Both the position numbers and the translations under genes were made by a program. The notes beneath the pieces were generated by a model. That model made no database searches. It was not told the DNA's origin and saw only the letters and a list, made by a program, of their open reading frames with translations. From Candidatus Heimdallarchaeum aukensis (GTDB taxonomy: Archaea; Asgardarchaeota; Heimdallarchaeia; Heimdallarchaeales; Heimdallarchaeaceae), in assembly GCA_021513695.1 (NCBI GenBank), contig CP084166.1, positions 2,080,001 through 2,144,000 of the forward strand: a stretch of 64,000 nt of DNA, written 5' to 3'. Below, piece after piece: positions 9,295 through 19,376 of the stretch. The stretch's first letter is position 1, and each line of letters begins with the position of its first letter.

Positions 9295-10058
9295 TTTATA
9301 TCGCGAATAAACGCTATGATTTCTTTAAACGCTAATTCTCTATTTTCATCCACTGTAAGAATATGATCTCCTTGTGGTATTTTTACAAGTTTCTTTTTAC
9401 ATTGTAGTTTCTTGTATATTTTTTCAGCGTTTTTAGGGTTAACTGTCTGATCTGATTGACTTTGGGTTAAAAGAACAGGATTATTAATTCTCTTAATGCT
9501 TTTGTGTAATTTTCTATGGAATTTTAAAATTTGATAAGCTCCGTAAGTAGAATCATATGAATATGAAAAAAGATTGTGTTCAATATACCATTTAATACGT
9601 TGTTCACTCCTTGGAATATGTTTCTTGAATATAGCTAATAATGGAGTAATAATTTTGTGTAAAGGTTTGAATTCATAAAAGGCATTTATGGTAAAGATCC
9701 CGTCAACATGGAATAAGCTTCCAAAGTATAAAGAAAGAGCTCCGCCTAATGATACCCCCCCAATAATTACTTTGTCATATTTTTTTGAATATTTGTCATA
9801 AGCATCTTTGATATCATTGATCCAATCTGTCCATTTTATTTTATCTAAATCTTTGGAGGAAGATCCATGACCTGATAGTAAAATACCGTAGCAATCATAT
9901 CCTTCTCTAACTAAAAATTCAGCTAAAGGACGTGTTTCTGTACACGACGCACCAAAACCATGTACTAGTAAAATCAAAGTATTTGTTTCTTTTTTTTCGG
10001 CTTTTAAGAAAAATGGTTGCGCCAACTCTTTTAATTTATCCTGATTCATTTTATTCAT
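9291..10058 (-). CDS. alpha/beta-hydrolase fold esterase/lipase
   Basis: HG oxyanion motif (LILLVHGFG) and the GxSxG nucleophile elbow (GGVSLGG). Confidence 0.7.
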   Translation of the reverse strand: MNKMNQDKLKELAQPFFLKAEKKETNTLILLVHGFGASCTETRPLAEFLVREGYDCYGILLSGHGSSSKDLDKIKWTDWINDIKDAYDKYSKKYDKVIIGGVSLGGALSLYFGSLFHVDGIFTINAFYEFKPLHKIITPLLAIFKKHIPRSEQRIKWYIEHNLFSYSYDSTYGAYQILKFHRKLHKSIKRINNPVLLTQSQSDQTVNPKNAEKIYKKLQCKKKLVKIPQGDHILTVDENRELAFKEIIAFIRDIN

Positions 10059-10175
10059 AATTTTGACCCTGAAACATTATTTTTTTGATTTCAAATTCAG
10101 AAATCACAAAATTTCAACACATATAAATATTATTCTACTAATATATATAATAGAACTTTTTAGGGTAGAATCTAA

Positions 10176-12419
10176 ATGACAAAAGAAAAAGAAATTTTAG
10201 AACAGGATGAGAAAAAGAAAAAGTGGAGTTTTCTAGGTTGGGGGTTGCTGTTTCTTCTAATTTGGACAATAGCTCTTATGTTTATTCTCGAGGTAGCTCT
10301 GCATCCTGCAGATAGTATTATAGCGACAATTGTTGCTTATGCTCTAGGATTACTAGGCCTAGGTGTTTTCGCAGGGTTGACTCGAAGTAAATGGAAAGTT
10401 TTGGTAACCTTTCCCTTAGCAATACTAATTATCTTTGGTGCAGGTTACCTGCTACACTTAGTTAACGCTCCTATATATAATCCATTAGCTCCCGTTTCAG
10501 AAAGAGTTTTTGTGATTGTAGATGAACTAGATAGTATTGCTAATACTTCTATAGCTGACAATATTCCCGCAGATCTATTGAATAATATGGAATCTATCAA
10601 ACAATATGCTGATTTTGCATTTGTAGTTGATTTAATTATTAGTTTACCGATATTTATCCTTGGTACGTTATCTGTGACGTGGATAGTTCAGATATTTACT
10701 CAGAAACCTAAATGGTGGGTGATTTTCTCTGCGTTTTTTGCTTTAATATTTTTCATGATAGGAATGATTATGACTCCCTTTGTTCACTTAGTTATTGCGG
10801 GCGTTGTTGACCTAGGAACTAATATGAGCATCGGAGCTTTATATATGGTAAATGGACTTTCATACCTACAAGATTTACAGAATGCAGATCAAGCAGATAT
10901 TAATGAAGCAGTAGCTAATCTGAATTTAGCTTCAGAATGGTTTCAAAAAGGAGGAGAAGATATAAAGGTATTCCTAGGCGCGCTTTCTATGTCACCTTAT
11001 TTAGGAGATGCAGCCGATGACTTTAATCACCTGTTCCAAGCAGCATTCATACTCTTAGGTGGAGCAGGAACGTTTGTTAATGGGTCATATCAACTATTCA
11101 AAGGATTTGATCTGATTTCAAAAGCTCTGAATACAAGCTCTGGGTCATTAACTATGCAAGATGATCAAGTTAAACAAGCAATAGACGACGATTTGTTTAA
11201 TCAAGGTATTGACTTTATTAATGAAGGTCTTGAACTATTTGATAATAGTAGCTATGTTTTTGATGATGCTTTAACTGAAATAAAACAAGTTGATTGGCAA
11301 GAAATAAAAACTGAACTTCACGAATTGCCGATAGAAGGGACTGAAGAAATAGATTCAACTTTGGACCAGATGGAAGGTTATCTCAGCATCTTTGAAAATG
11401 CAACAGGATTGATTGATGTACTAATATCAAAACCAACATTTGCTAATGGTAGTCAAAGTAATTATGCAACATTAATTCATTTCTTCTTAGGGGCTTATAA
11501 TATAATGAAAGCTCAAGAAATTATAGGTGATGAAACTAACTTTGCAGGAACAGAAGTTTACTTTAACAGGGCTGGTGAACACTTTAATGTTACATATAAT
11601 GCATTACAAACAAGAACTGTTGCTCAGTTAATACATTCAGACACCCCAATATTAAATGGGACTGTTGCTTTCATTGTTGATATGACCGGATTGGCCGCTG
11701 ATTTAAGTTTCTTCGGTGGAGATATGGGGCCAACACTTGTTGGATTAAATAGCACACTTTCAGTTTTGTCTAATGGATATGAAAATGTAACTGATTATGA
11801 CTCAATTAGAGCAGATATTTCTGATAGTATAACAGAATTAGATAACCTAAAGGATACTGCTCATTCGATAGATAATAGGATTTTAGGAATTCAAGAAAAC
11901 GCAACAGCAAACATTTATGGAGAGTTCAGTGAAACAGCAAGTGATTTTGCATCTAATTTCCAGAAATTTAATATTACTTTGAACCTCGAAAATGCTTATT
12001 ATATTGCCCAATCATTCTATTATCTATTTGGTGCTATGAAAGATCTTAAGGACATTAAAGGATATATTGAAACTGGACAAACTGCTTTTGATAATTCAGA
12101 TTATTTGACCGCCTATAATAACTTCTTAGCCGCTAATACATCATTAGATTCATGCATCGATCAGATGTGGAATGCAAGTTACTACTTTAACCAAACTATA
12201 GGCAATGGAATGGGACAGTTAAGTAGTTCTGGTGATGCAATTGCACTAATTTACTTCTCTCTAGTATCTATACAAACTGACATAAACGTTATAACTGGAA
12301 TCGCAGGGGGTGGTAGCCCAACTGAAAGCGAAATTACTGAAGTAAATAATCGCTTAGACCACATTAACACAGTATTAGTGAATGTAAACAATGAACTAGC
12401 ACAAGTAAAAGGACAATAA
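10176..12419 (+). CDS. large membrane-anchored protein with about 6 N-terminal TM helices and a long, predominantly helical extracytoplasmic domain; function unknown
   Basis: 747-aa ORF with hydrophobic segments in the first 200 aa. The remainder is polar with N-glycosylation-like N-x-S/T sequons. Confidence 0.45.
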   Translation: MTKEKEILEQDEKKKKWSFLGWGLLFLLIWTIALMFILEVALHPADSIIATIVAYALGLLGLGVFAGLTRSKWKVLVTFPLAILIIFGAGYLLHLVNAPIYNPLAPVSERVFVIVDELDSIANTSIADNIPADLLNNMESIKQYADFAFVVDLIISLPIFILGTLSVTWIVQIFTQKPKWWVIFSAFFALIFFMIGMIMTPFVHLVIAGVVDLGTNMSIGALYMVNGLSYLQDLQNADQADINEAVANLNLASEWFQKGGEDIKVFLGALSMSPYLGDAADDFNHLFQAAFILLGGAGTFVNGSYQLFKGFDLISKALNTSSGSLTMQDDQVKQAIDDDLFNQGIDFINEGLELFDNSSYVFDDALTEIKQVDWQEIKTELHELPIEGTEEIDSTLDQMEGYLSIFENATGLIDVLISKPTFANGSQSNYATLIHFFLGAYNIMKAQEIIGDETNFAGTEVYFNRAGEHFNVTYNALQTRTVAQLIHSDTPILNGTVAFIVDMTGLAADLSFFGGDMGPTLVGLNSTLSVLSNGYENVTDYDSIRADISDSITELDNLKDTAHSIDNRILGIQENATANIYGEFSETASDFASNFQKFNITLNLENAYYIAQSFYYLFGAMKDLKDIKGYIETGQTAFDNSDYLTAYNNFLAANTSLDSCIDQMWNASYYFNQTIGNGMGQLSSSGDAIALIYFSLVSIQTDINVITGIAGGGSPTESEITEVNNRLDHINTVLVNVNNELAQVKGQ

Positions 12420-12557
12420 TTTTTCTTTTTTTTTACACTATAATCAAAAAATAATTCTCCTTTTTTTATTCTTCTAAACTTTTTGTATTGCCTAGTGGGG
12501 AAATTTTTTAATAACGAATAAATCAATCATAGTATAGTATATCTTTTAGGTGTTAGT

Positions 12558-13052
12558 ATGGAACATGTTTATCTCATTTATGACCACTCTGTAAGAGAAT
12601 TTAAAGAACCTGCAGATCAAAAAAAGTTCAAATCAATAACTCAAGGCTCTCCCGATGAAATAAGTACAAGTTTAGATAGTGTGGGCGTTGATGGTTTGTT
12701 AATATTTAACAGAGAAAGAAATGAATGGAACTTAATATTCGCAAAAAGCTTAGGATTGGTTGCTCAAAGAACGGCAAGAAGGCAAGCAGATACAATAAGC
12801 AGATCAGGATTTTTGTTATCTTCAGGAGAACGGGTGGGGATACGTAGTAGATTACAGCAATTAACAGAAGATAATATAGGGGATTTACATAAAACTGTGC
12901 AGCAAAAATATATTGTTTCTGATTTAGTTGGTCATGTGGGAGATTCAAGAAGTGAACGTTTTCCAGCTAAAGTCTATGCAACAAAAGAATTAGAAGAAAA
13001 AAGAAATGAGGTTGAGAAAGAGCCAAAACAAACTACAAAAGAAAATATATAA
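12558..13052 (+). CDS. hypothetical protein
   Basis: 164-aa ORF with no recognizable motif. Confidence 0.35.
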   Translation: MEHVYLIYDHSVREFKEPADQKKFKSITQGSPDEISTSLDSVGVDGLLIFNRERNEWNLIFAKSLGLVAQRTARRQADTISRSGFLLSSGERVGIRSRLQQLTEDNIGDLHKTVQQKYIVSDLVGHVGDSRSERFPAKVYATKELEEKRNEVEKEPKQTTKENI

Positions 13053-13323
13053 GACGGATAATGTAGAGTAAACACATTGATTACAACCTTTATTTTTTTG
13101 CTTTAAGGCTCCTATCCTATAGCTAAATTCAGTAAAATTAAGAAACCACAGTAATTTCTTCATTGTAAGACTGTTTTAGCATTGAAACTTTTTATTGGTT
13201 TTTCTTTTAATAGATGCCTGTAATAGCATCTGTCCCTTAAGATTTATATATAGTTTAAAAAATAAGATAATCTGTTGAGACACATTTATTAACTAGAACG
13301 AACTTACATTTTTTGGTGTTTAA

Positions 13324-14220
13324 ATGTATCAAACACAAGTAAATCCTTTTGAATTATCAAAAAGAAAGATATCTGAAAGTTCAGGAAAAATAGCTAAATT
13401 GCTTATAGCTGTTGTTGCGCTATTGTTTGTACTAATAATCCTTGTGATGATAATGCTAGCTATAGCAGGAGGAAGTTCTGTTGTTATTGACCCAAGTAAT
13501 CCTTATGCGGCAGTTGGTGCAATGTTTAGTTCCTTTATTGTTCTAGGTATCTTTATTCTTTTAATTGCTTTAGCCTTTATTGTCATTCAAATAATGGTGC
13601 TAGTACAATATTACAAACTTGGACAAGGCTTTTCAGAAGTTGCTAATATGGACCCCTCCCTGCCAAATGCGAAAAATATTAGTTTTGGAATCTATGGCTA
13701 CATCATGGGTTATGTTTTAGGCCTTATTATTCCTGGAACCTTTGGAAAAATAATGGCACTTTTAGGTACTTTCTCATTAGCTGCAGGTTTCTACTTCATT
13801 TATGAAACGTTTGAAGATTTTAGAAAACAAGGTAGATTTGGTAAACCCGCATCTAAAAAATTGTTTATTGCTGTGGCTTTTACACTAATAGGCAATATAA
13901 TGAACTTTGTTAACAGCATTGCTATGATCGGTGTTGGCGGTTTCTTTGGTTTAATTGGTTTTATTCTTTTGATAATTGGATTAAAAGATCTAGAGCGAGA
14001 TATTCTGTTGGTTACACCAACGGAAACAGTTCCTACACAACCACCCACACAAACCCCCTATCAAGCTCCAACTTCTGTACCCACTTCTCCAGCTCCTGAA
14101 CAATCTAATCAATCACCACAGACGCAAGACGCAACCCAAGTAAAGTTTTGTCCCAACTGTGGAACAAAAAATGAATTACAAGATAAGTTTTGCATATCTT
14201 GTGGAACAAAACTAGATTAA
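13324..14220 (+). CDS. polytopic membrane protein with a Pro/Thr-rich linker and a C-terminal double C-x2-C zinc ribbon
   Basis: Multiple TM segments. Linker TPTETVPTQPPTQTPYQAPTSVPTSPAPEQ. C-terminal KFCPNCGTKNELQDKFCISCGTKLD. Confidence 0.5.
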   Translation: MYQTQVNPFELSKRKISESSGKIAKLLIAVVALLFVLIILVMIMLAIAGGSSVVIDPSNPYAAVGAMFSSFIVLGIFILLIALAFIVIQIMVLVQYYKLGQGFSEVANMDPSLPNAKNISFGIYGYIMGYVLGLIIPGTFGKIMALLGTFSLAAGFYFIYETFEDFRKQGRFGKPASKKLFIAVAFTLIGNIMNFVNSIAMIGVGGFFGLIGFILLIIGLKDLERDILLVTPTETVPTQPPTQTPYQAPTSVPTSPAPEQSNQSPQTQDATQVKFCPNCGTKNELQDKFCISCGTKLD

Positions 14221-14280
14221 GTTCCCATCTTTTATTTCTTTTTTTAAAAATAGTTGCTTTTTTAACTTCATTGATTGCTC

Positions 14281-14320
14281 GATAGTGATAGTGCTGATAG
14301 TGATAGTGATAGTGATAGCA
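14281..14320. repeat. (GATAGT)n hexamer microsatellite, about 7 units, ending in AGTGATAGCACT
   Basis: Read directly: gatagtgatagtgctgatagtgatagtgatagtgatagcac. Confidence 0.9.
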
Positions 14321-14467
14321 CTTTTTAAACCAAAATCGAAATGTTTTGAGAAAAAAGTTATTTAAATTAATTTAAGGTTAGTCCTAAAAAAACATACTGA
14401 CAGCTTTTTCGATTATCAACCAAGGATAGAATTTTCTAAATGGGGTGTTTTCTTTTTTTATGGTTTT

Positions 14468-15064
14468 TTATTCTGTATTGCTTTCGCCCATGGCCGCACT
14501 TAAAATTTCTACTTCCTGAGCTACGGACTTGATTTTAGAAGCGATAACTCTCTTCTTTTCTATTTCTTCTTGATCTTTAAGCTCTGGGAGATACTTTCCT
14601 ATAGCCGCAGTTGTTCGTATTCTTACACTATAAGGAAAAATGGTTTTATTACGACTTTTAAGTTCAGCAAGGATGCCCACGGTCCAACGTTCATTCTCTT
14701 CATCTTTGTGAATGTGAAATTTTGTTACATCAACATCACACAGGTTAAGAATTGATGAAAGAAAAGTTTCTATATCCTCATTATTAAATTGACTAATATC
14801 TAAAATCTCTCCTTTTTCAAATTCTTCTTCATGAAAATTGTATATCTGTTTTTTATCATGTATCTGTGAAAAGCGTTTATCTCTCTCGGTTCTTTTTTTA
14901 GCTGGTTGCTTTTTTCCTGTTTCATACTTATTTCTGTTACGAGCGACCCAAACACTAACAGCTTTTCCTGAACCAAGACCTATAATGGGAGCGATTTCTG
15001 AGTATGTATATCCTTGTTTTTTTAGCTCTTCTATCTTATTCCATCGCTCTTGACCTTGTAACAT
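14468..15064 (-). CDS. helix-turn-helix DNA-binding protein (transposase/terminase-small-subunit/sigma-region-4-like N-terminal HTH); role unknown
   Basis: The N-terminus (ERWNKIEELKKQGYTYSEIAPIIGLGSGKAVSVWVARNRNK) is a classic HTH. The gene is flanked by related inverted motifs at 14309-14320 and 15121-15135. Confidence 0.5.
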   Translation of the reverse strand: MLQGQERWNKIEELKKQGYTYSEIAPIIGLGSGKAVSVWVARNRNKYETGKKQPAKKRTERDKRFSQIHDKKQIYNFHEEEFEKGEILDISQFNNEDIETFLSSILNLCDVDVTKFHIHKDEENERWTVGILAELKSRNKTIFPYSVRIRTTAAIGKYLPELKDQEEIEKKRVIASKIKSVAQEVEILSAAMGESNTE

Positions 15065-15626
15065 TATTTTTCATCTTTTTTGGTTTTTTTATTTAGACTA
15101 CCATTCAATTACTATCATTTTTTGATAGTGCTATCACTTTCATATAACATTTTACTTGCAACTATAAAAATTTTTACTAGTTAATAAAATCCTTGCGCAT
15201 AGTATTAGGCTTTTTGTCGGAATATTTTATATATGTCTAGCTAAAGCTACCTAGGCTGCTTCTAAGTTTACATATACTATGACTGTTTGATATTATCCCT
15301 TAAATTCAAGATTTGAATGTTAGTTAAAATGAAATTCTAAATCTTAGTTAATAACGTTGTATTATAAATAGACAAAATAAGCAAAAATAGACCTTTATAA
15401 TCTATATTTTAACCAATTAATCTAAATTCGTTTTGTTATACGTTTAATTATATTATTCCAAGTTTTCTATAACGCCTATTTCTCGATGAAAGTTAAATAT
15501 TAAACGTAAAAGGACTTTTATTATTAGGCTTTTAATGTAGACTTTTTACTTTTTTGAAAGGAGAAATAATTAAAAAGATGTTACAAACCTATTCTCTATT
15601 AGGAGGTAATTTACATACAGGTAAGT

Positions 15627-16622
15627 TTGGCTATCTTATCTGGTGGTGATTCGAAGCGTTATAAGCAGAAAGGTAAACTTATAGATAAAGCATTAATGGA
15701 AGTAAATACCAAGCCTCTGCTTTTTAAAATAGTTGAAGATGGTCTTAATAATTACGACAATGTTATTGTATCCCTGAACAACAATAAAAGGAAAAAAAAG
15801 TATGAAAGTGTATTAAAACCCCTACTGAAAAGCGATAATGTTGAGTTTGTTGAAGATGATAAAGAAATTAATTTTATTGGAGTAGGAAAGGGAATTGCTT
15901 CTGTACTATTGAAATTATTGCCAAAAACTTCAATCCAATTCATTCCTTGTGATCGCCCTTACCTTGATGTGAAATTACTAAGACAGTTAGAGACAGTAAA
16001 AGAGGGAGTAACAATACTTATTTATCAAAGTGGATTGATTGAGCCACTGCTTGCTCTATATGCTGAAAACTATGCATTTCCTCCACTCTTTGTTTTTTCT
16101 TTTGATCTAAGCAGAGCTGACGTGTTTATCCGCTTAGCTCCTCGAATCAGGCTTTATAATGCAACAGAAATAATTGAGATGAATGATCTCAGATCTAGTT
16201 TTTTCTTAAATGTAAACACTCCAAGGTTAACAGCTTCAGACCTCTCTTTAGAAAAAGAGAAATATTTCTTACCAAAATCTAAAATTGTGGAAAGAAAAAA
16301 TCTTGAACCTCTTGATAGTATCGATTTAGATGGTGATCCTACAGAGAGAATTCACCATTTGATTGAAAGAGAACACTTTTTTTTAGCATTCTTAGTAACA
16401 AAATACCTATTTCGAAGTCAAGTTTTTGACTTTGACCTCTTTTCTTACTATGTCAACTTAACACTAAAGTCAGAGTACGAATATTGGATGGAGAAAAATA
16501 TACCTTTCTTAGGATTACATGCGCTGCAAGATTTATCACATACTTTTCAGAATAATGTGTCTAATGAAATTGACAATGAAATAAAGACTCTAAAAGAAAA
16601 AATAGGTATAAAAAAGAAATAA
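15627..16622 (+). CDS. MobA-like nucleotidyltransferase (molybdenum cofactor guanylyltransferase-like) with a roughly 130-aa C-terminal extension; TTG start
   Basis: The N-terminus (AILSGGDSKRYKQKGKLIDKAL) matches the MobA LAGGxSxRMG..DKAL motif. It is adjacent to the Mo-bisPGD formate dehydrogenase genes. An AGGAGGT lies upstream. Confidence 0.55.
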   Translation: MAILSGGDSKRYKQKGKLIDKALMEVNTKPLLFKIVEDGLNNYDNVIVSLNNNKRKKKYESVLKPLLKSDNVEFVEDDKEINFIGVGKGIASVLLKLLPKTSIQFIPCDRPYLDVKLLRQLETVKEGVTILIYQSGLIEPLLALYAENYAFPPLFVFSFDLSRADVFIRLAPRIRLYNATEIIEMNDLRSSFFLNVNTPRLTASDLSLEKEKYFLPKSKIVERKNLEPLDSIDLDGDPTERIHHLIEREHFFLAFLVTKYLFRSQVFDFDLFSYYVNLTLKSEYEYWMEKNIPFLGLHALQDLSHTFQNNVSNEIDNEIKTLKEKIGIKKK

Positions 16623-16658
16623 AGACTCTAAAAGAAAAAATAGGTATAAAAAAGAAAT
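16583..16658. repeat. perfect 38-nt tandem duplication (2 copies) spanning the stop codon of the MobA-like gene
   Basis: aaagactctaaaagaaaaaataggtataaaaaagaaat occurs twice back to back. The second copy would re-encode KTLKEKIGIKKK after the TAA. Confidence 0.9.
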
Positions 16659-16663
16659 AAAGA

Positions 16664-19375
16664 TTATTCTTTTGTCACTTTTACCGCACAGACTTTAAGT
16701 TCTGGTATTTTTGCAAGAGGATCAAGTGCATCATTTGTTAAGAGGTTAGCAGCTGATTCTTTAAAGTGGAAAGTCATAAAAACAACTCCTTCTTTAATTT
16801 TGTCAGTGACTTTTACTTCTGTTAGTAGTTTACCTCTCCTTGATTCAATGATTACTTTGTCACCCGTTTTTATTCCTAATCTTTTTGCATCTTTGACGTT
16901 TATTTCACTTCTTTCAATTGGTTTACGTTGGTGTATTCCTTCTACCCTACGTGTCATTTCTCCCGTATGGAAATGGAATAAATTGCGACCCGTAGTTAGA
17001 ATTAGGGGATATTCATCATCAGGAAGCTCATCTGGATCCAAGTAATCAATGGCATGGAATTTTCCTTTCCCTCTAGAGAATTTATCCTTATGTAAAATTG
17101 GAGTACCAGGATGGTCATCAGATGGACATGGCCACTGTAAACCTCCATTTTCTACTCTCTTATAACTTATTCCTCCATAGATTGGGGTCACCTGAGCTAT
17201 TTCATCCATTATTTCACTGGGAGAGTTATAGTGTTTTTCAATTCCAAAACGATTAAGCATAATCTCTAAGATTTTCCAATCAGGTAATCTGCTTCCATCT
17301 GTTTCTATAGCTTTTCTAACTCTCTGTACCCTTCTTTCAGTATTGGTGTAAGTACCATCTTTTTCTGCAAATGATTGTCCAGGGAGAATAACATCTGCAT
17401 ATTTTGCAGTTTCAGTAATAAATAAATCTTGAACAACTAAGAACTCCACCTTCTCAAGAGCTTCTCTAACATGGTTAATATTTGGGTCGCTAATAACAGG
17501 ATTTTCACCCATGATGTAGATCCCTCTAATGTTTCCTTTATGGGCTTCGTTCATTATTTCAACAACAGTCAACCCCGCTTTGTCATCAAGTTTATCTACT
17601 CCCCAGAACTCTTTGAATTTCTTGATGTTTTTTTCATCAGTTACTTTTTGATAACCTGGGAAAACATCAGGTAAACCACCTAGATCACAAGCTCCTTGAA
17701 CATTGTTTTGACCACGTAGTGGATTAACTCCAGTACCTGGTTTTCCAACATTTCCAGTTAACATAGCCAAATTAGCTAAACTTAGAACATTATCTGTCCC
17801 AGTAGTATGTTGAGTAATACCCATGGCATAAACTATAGCAGCAGTTTTTGCAGTAGCGTAAAGTGAAGCAGCTTTTTTCACATCTTCCTCATCAACATTC
17901 GCAATCTTACACAGTGAAGAAAAGTCTATCTTACTTATCTTTTCTTTCAATTTCTCAAAGTCTTCTGTCCTATTCTCAATAAACTCTTTATCATATAATT
18001 CTTCGTCAATAATGTACTTAATCATAGCATTAATGAGGGCAACATCGCTACCTGGTCTCTGAGACATATAAATTTCAGCATAATCTGCTAATTCAATTCT
18101 ACGAGGATCTGCAACAATCAATTTTGTTTTGCCTTTTCTAACAGCTTGCTTAATTTTTATTCCTATTACGGGATGCGCCTCTGTTGTATTGCTCCCAATA
18201 ATAAATATAACTTCAGCATTATTAGTTAAATCTGAGACACTGTTTGTCATTGCTCCTGAACCAAAAGCTTTGACAAGTCCTGTGACTGTTGAGGCATGAC
18301 AAAGTCGAGCACAGTGGTCAACGTTATTCGTTCCAATAGCTGCACGGGAAAGTTTTTGCATCAGATAATTCTCTTCATTTGTACATTTAGCAGAAGTAAG
18401 GAAAGCAAGAGAATCAGGGCCCGTTTCACTGATAATTTCCTTAAATCGTTTTTCAATAAGATCGAAAGCTTCTTCCCAGCTTACCTCTACGAAATTTCCA
18501 TTTTTCTTGATTAGTGGAGTATTCACTCTATCATGATGATGGACATATTCCCACCCATATCTCCCTTTTACACAAAGTGACAATCCATTAATACTATCTC
18601 TATGTGATTGGACATCTACGATTCTATTTTGTTTTGGATCAACCAATAGTTCTAGTTGACAACCAACTCCACAGTAGGTACATGTTGTTACTGTTTTCTT
18701 TAATTCATAAGACCGACTTTTTGTAGTTTTGATAGATTTGCTAACTAATGCTCCAACTGGACAGACTTCTACACAGTTCCCACAAGCAACACAACCTGCT
18801 TCTTCAAAACTTCTACCAAAACCAGCACTAGGATAGATGTCAAAACCTCTGTCTTGCATGGAAAGAACATTACATACTTGTATCTCATCTGTAACACGAA
18901 CACAAAGCTGACAACGGATACAGGCGGAATAATTGAGTACAAAAAATTCATTCACTTCTACTAGGTCTGTAGTTGGTTTTTTACCCTCTAGTTTACTTAA
19001 GCGGCTCTTTGGAACATACTGATAGGCTAGTTTTTGTAGAGTGCAAACACCATTTTTATTACACACTATACAGTTTAATGGGTGAGAACGAAGAAGTAAT
19101 TCAATATTAGTTTGACGAGCACGATGAATTCGTTCATTATAGGTGGTAACCACCGCATTAGGACGAACAGGTGTAACACAAGCGGCAACTAAATTAGGAG
19201 CTCCTTCAACTTCAATAACACAAATACGACAAGCACCAGACGGTTTTAATTCTTCCATATGACACAAAGTAGGGATCTCTATTCCAGCACGAGTGATAGC
19301 TGAAAGATATGTGTCATCCTTTTTACATAAGATTTTTTGACCATCAACAATAATAGAAATTTTTTCTTCTGACAT
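16664..19375 (-). CDS. fdhA: formate dehydrogenase catalytic subunit (molybdopterin/tungstopterin oxidoreductase with N-terminal 2Fe-2S and 4Fe-4S domains), Cys-type, no selenocysteine
   Basis: N-terminal plant-type ferredoxin (CRICVIEVEG) and NuoG-like Fe-S cysteines. The MopB domain has the FDH active-site context VDHCARLCHAS. There is no in-frame TGA. Confidence 0.8.
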   Translation of the reverse strand: MSEEKISIIVDGQKILCKKDDTYLSAITRAGIEIPTLCHMEELKPSGACRICVIEVEGAPNLVAACVTPVRPNAVVTTYNERIHRARQTNIELLLRSHPLNCIVCNKNGVCTLQKLAYQYVPKSRLSKLEGKKPTTDLVEVNEFFVLNYSACIRCQLCVRVTDEIQVCNVLSMQDRGFDIYPSAGFGRSFEEAGCVACGNCVEVCPVGALVSKSIKTTKSRSYELKKTVTTCTYCGVGCQLELLVDPKQNRIVDVQSHRDSINGLSLCVKGRYGWEYVHHHDRVNTPLIKKNGNFVEVSWEEAFDLIEKRFKEIISETGPDSLAFLTSAKCTNEENYLMQKLSRAAIGTNNVDHCARLCHASTVTGLVKAFGSGAMTNSVSDLTNNAEVIFIIGSNTTEAHPVIGIKIKQAVRKGKTKLIVADPRRIELADYAEIYMSQRPGSDVALINAMIKYIIDEELYDKEFIENRTEDFEKLKEKISKIDFSSLCKIANVDEEDVKKAASLYATAKTAAIVYAMGITQHTTGTDNVLSLANLAMLTGNVGKPGTGVNPLRGQNNVQGACDLGGLPDVFPGYQKVTDEKNIKKFKEFWGVDKLDDKAGLTVVEIMNEAHKGNIRGIYIMGENPVISDPNINHVREALEKVEFLVVQDLFITETAKYADVILPGQSFAEKDGTYTNTERRVQRVRKAIETDGSRLPDWKILEIMLNRFGIEKHYNSPSEIMDEIAQVTPIYGGISYKRVENGGLQWPCPSDDHPGTPILHKDKFSRGKGKFHAIDYLDPDELPDDEYPLILTTGRNLFHFHTGEMTRRVEGIHQRKPIERSEINVKDAKRLGIKTGDKVIIESRRGKLLTEVKVTDKIKEGVVFMTFHFKESAANLLTNDALDPLAKIPELKVCAVKVTKE

Positions 19376-19376
19376 T

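Noticed and set aside
12251-12526. 91-aa minus-strand ORF across the 12420-12557 intergenic region
   Set aside because: It overlaps the 3' end of the 747-aa gene in antisense, and its translation is K/F-rich low complexity. It is likely spurious.
14281-14320. Possible CRISPR array
   Set aside because: The repeats are a 6-nt microsatellite without 25-40-nt repeats or unique spacers. No CRISPR-like repeat-spacer structure was seen anywhere in the window.
14468-15064. IS-element transposase
   Set aside because: Only an N-terminal HTH is recognizable. No DDE/RNase-H-like, serine- or tyrosine-recombinase motif was found, and the flanking inverted motifs are only 12 nt. It is kept as a finding but not called a mobile element.
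16664-19375. Selenocysteine-containing formate dehydrogenase
   Set aside because: The reading frame is uninterrupted with Cys in the active-site context and no in-frame TGA, so no SECIS-dependent recoding is needed.
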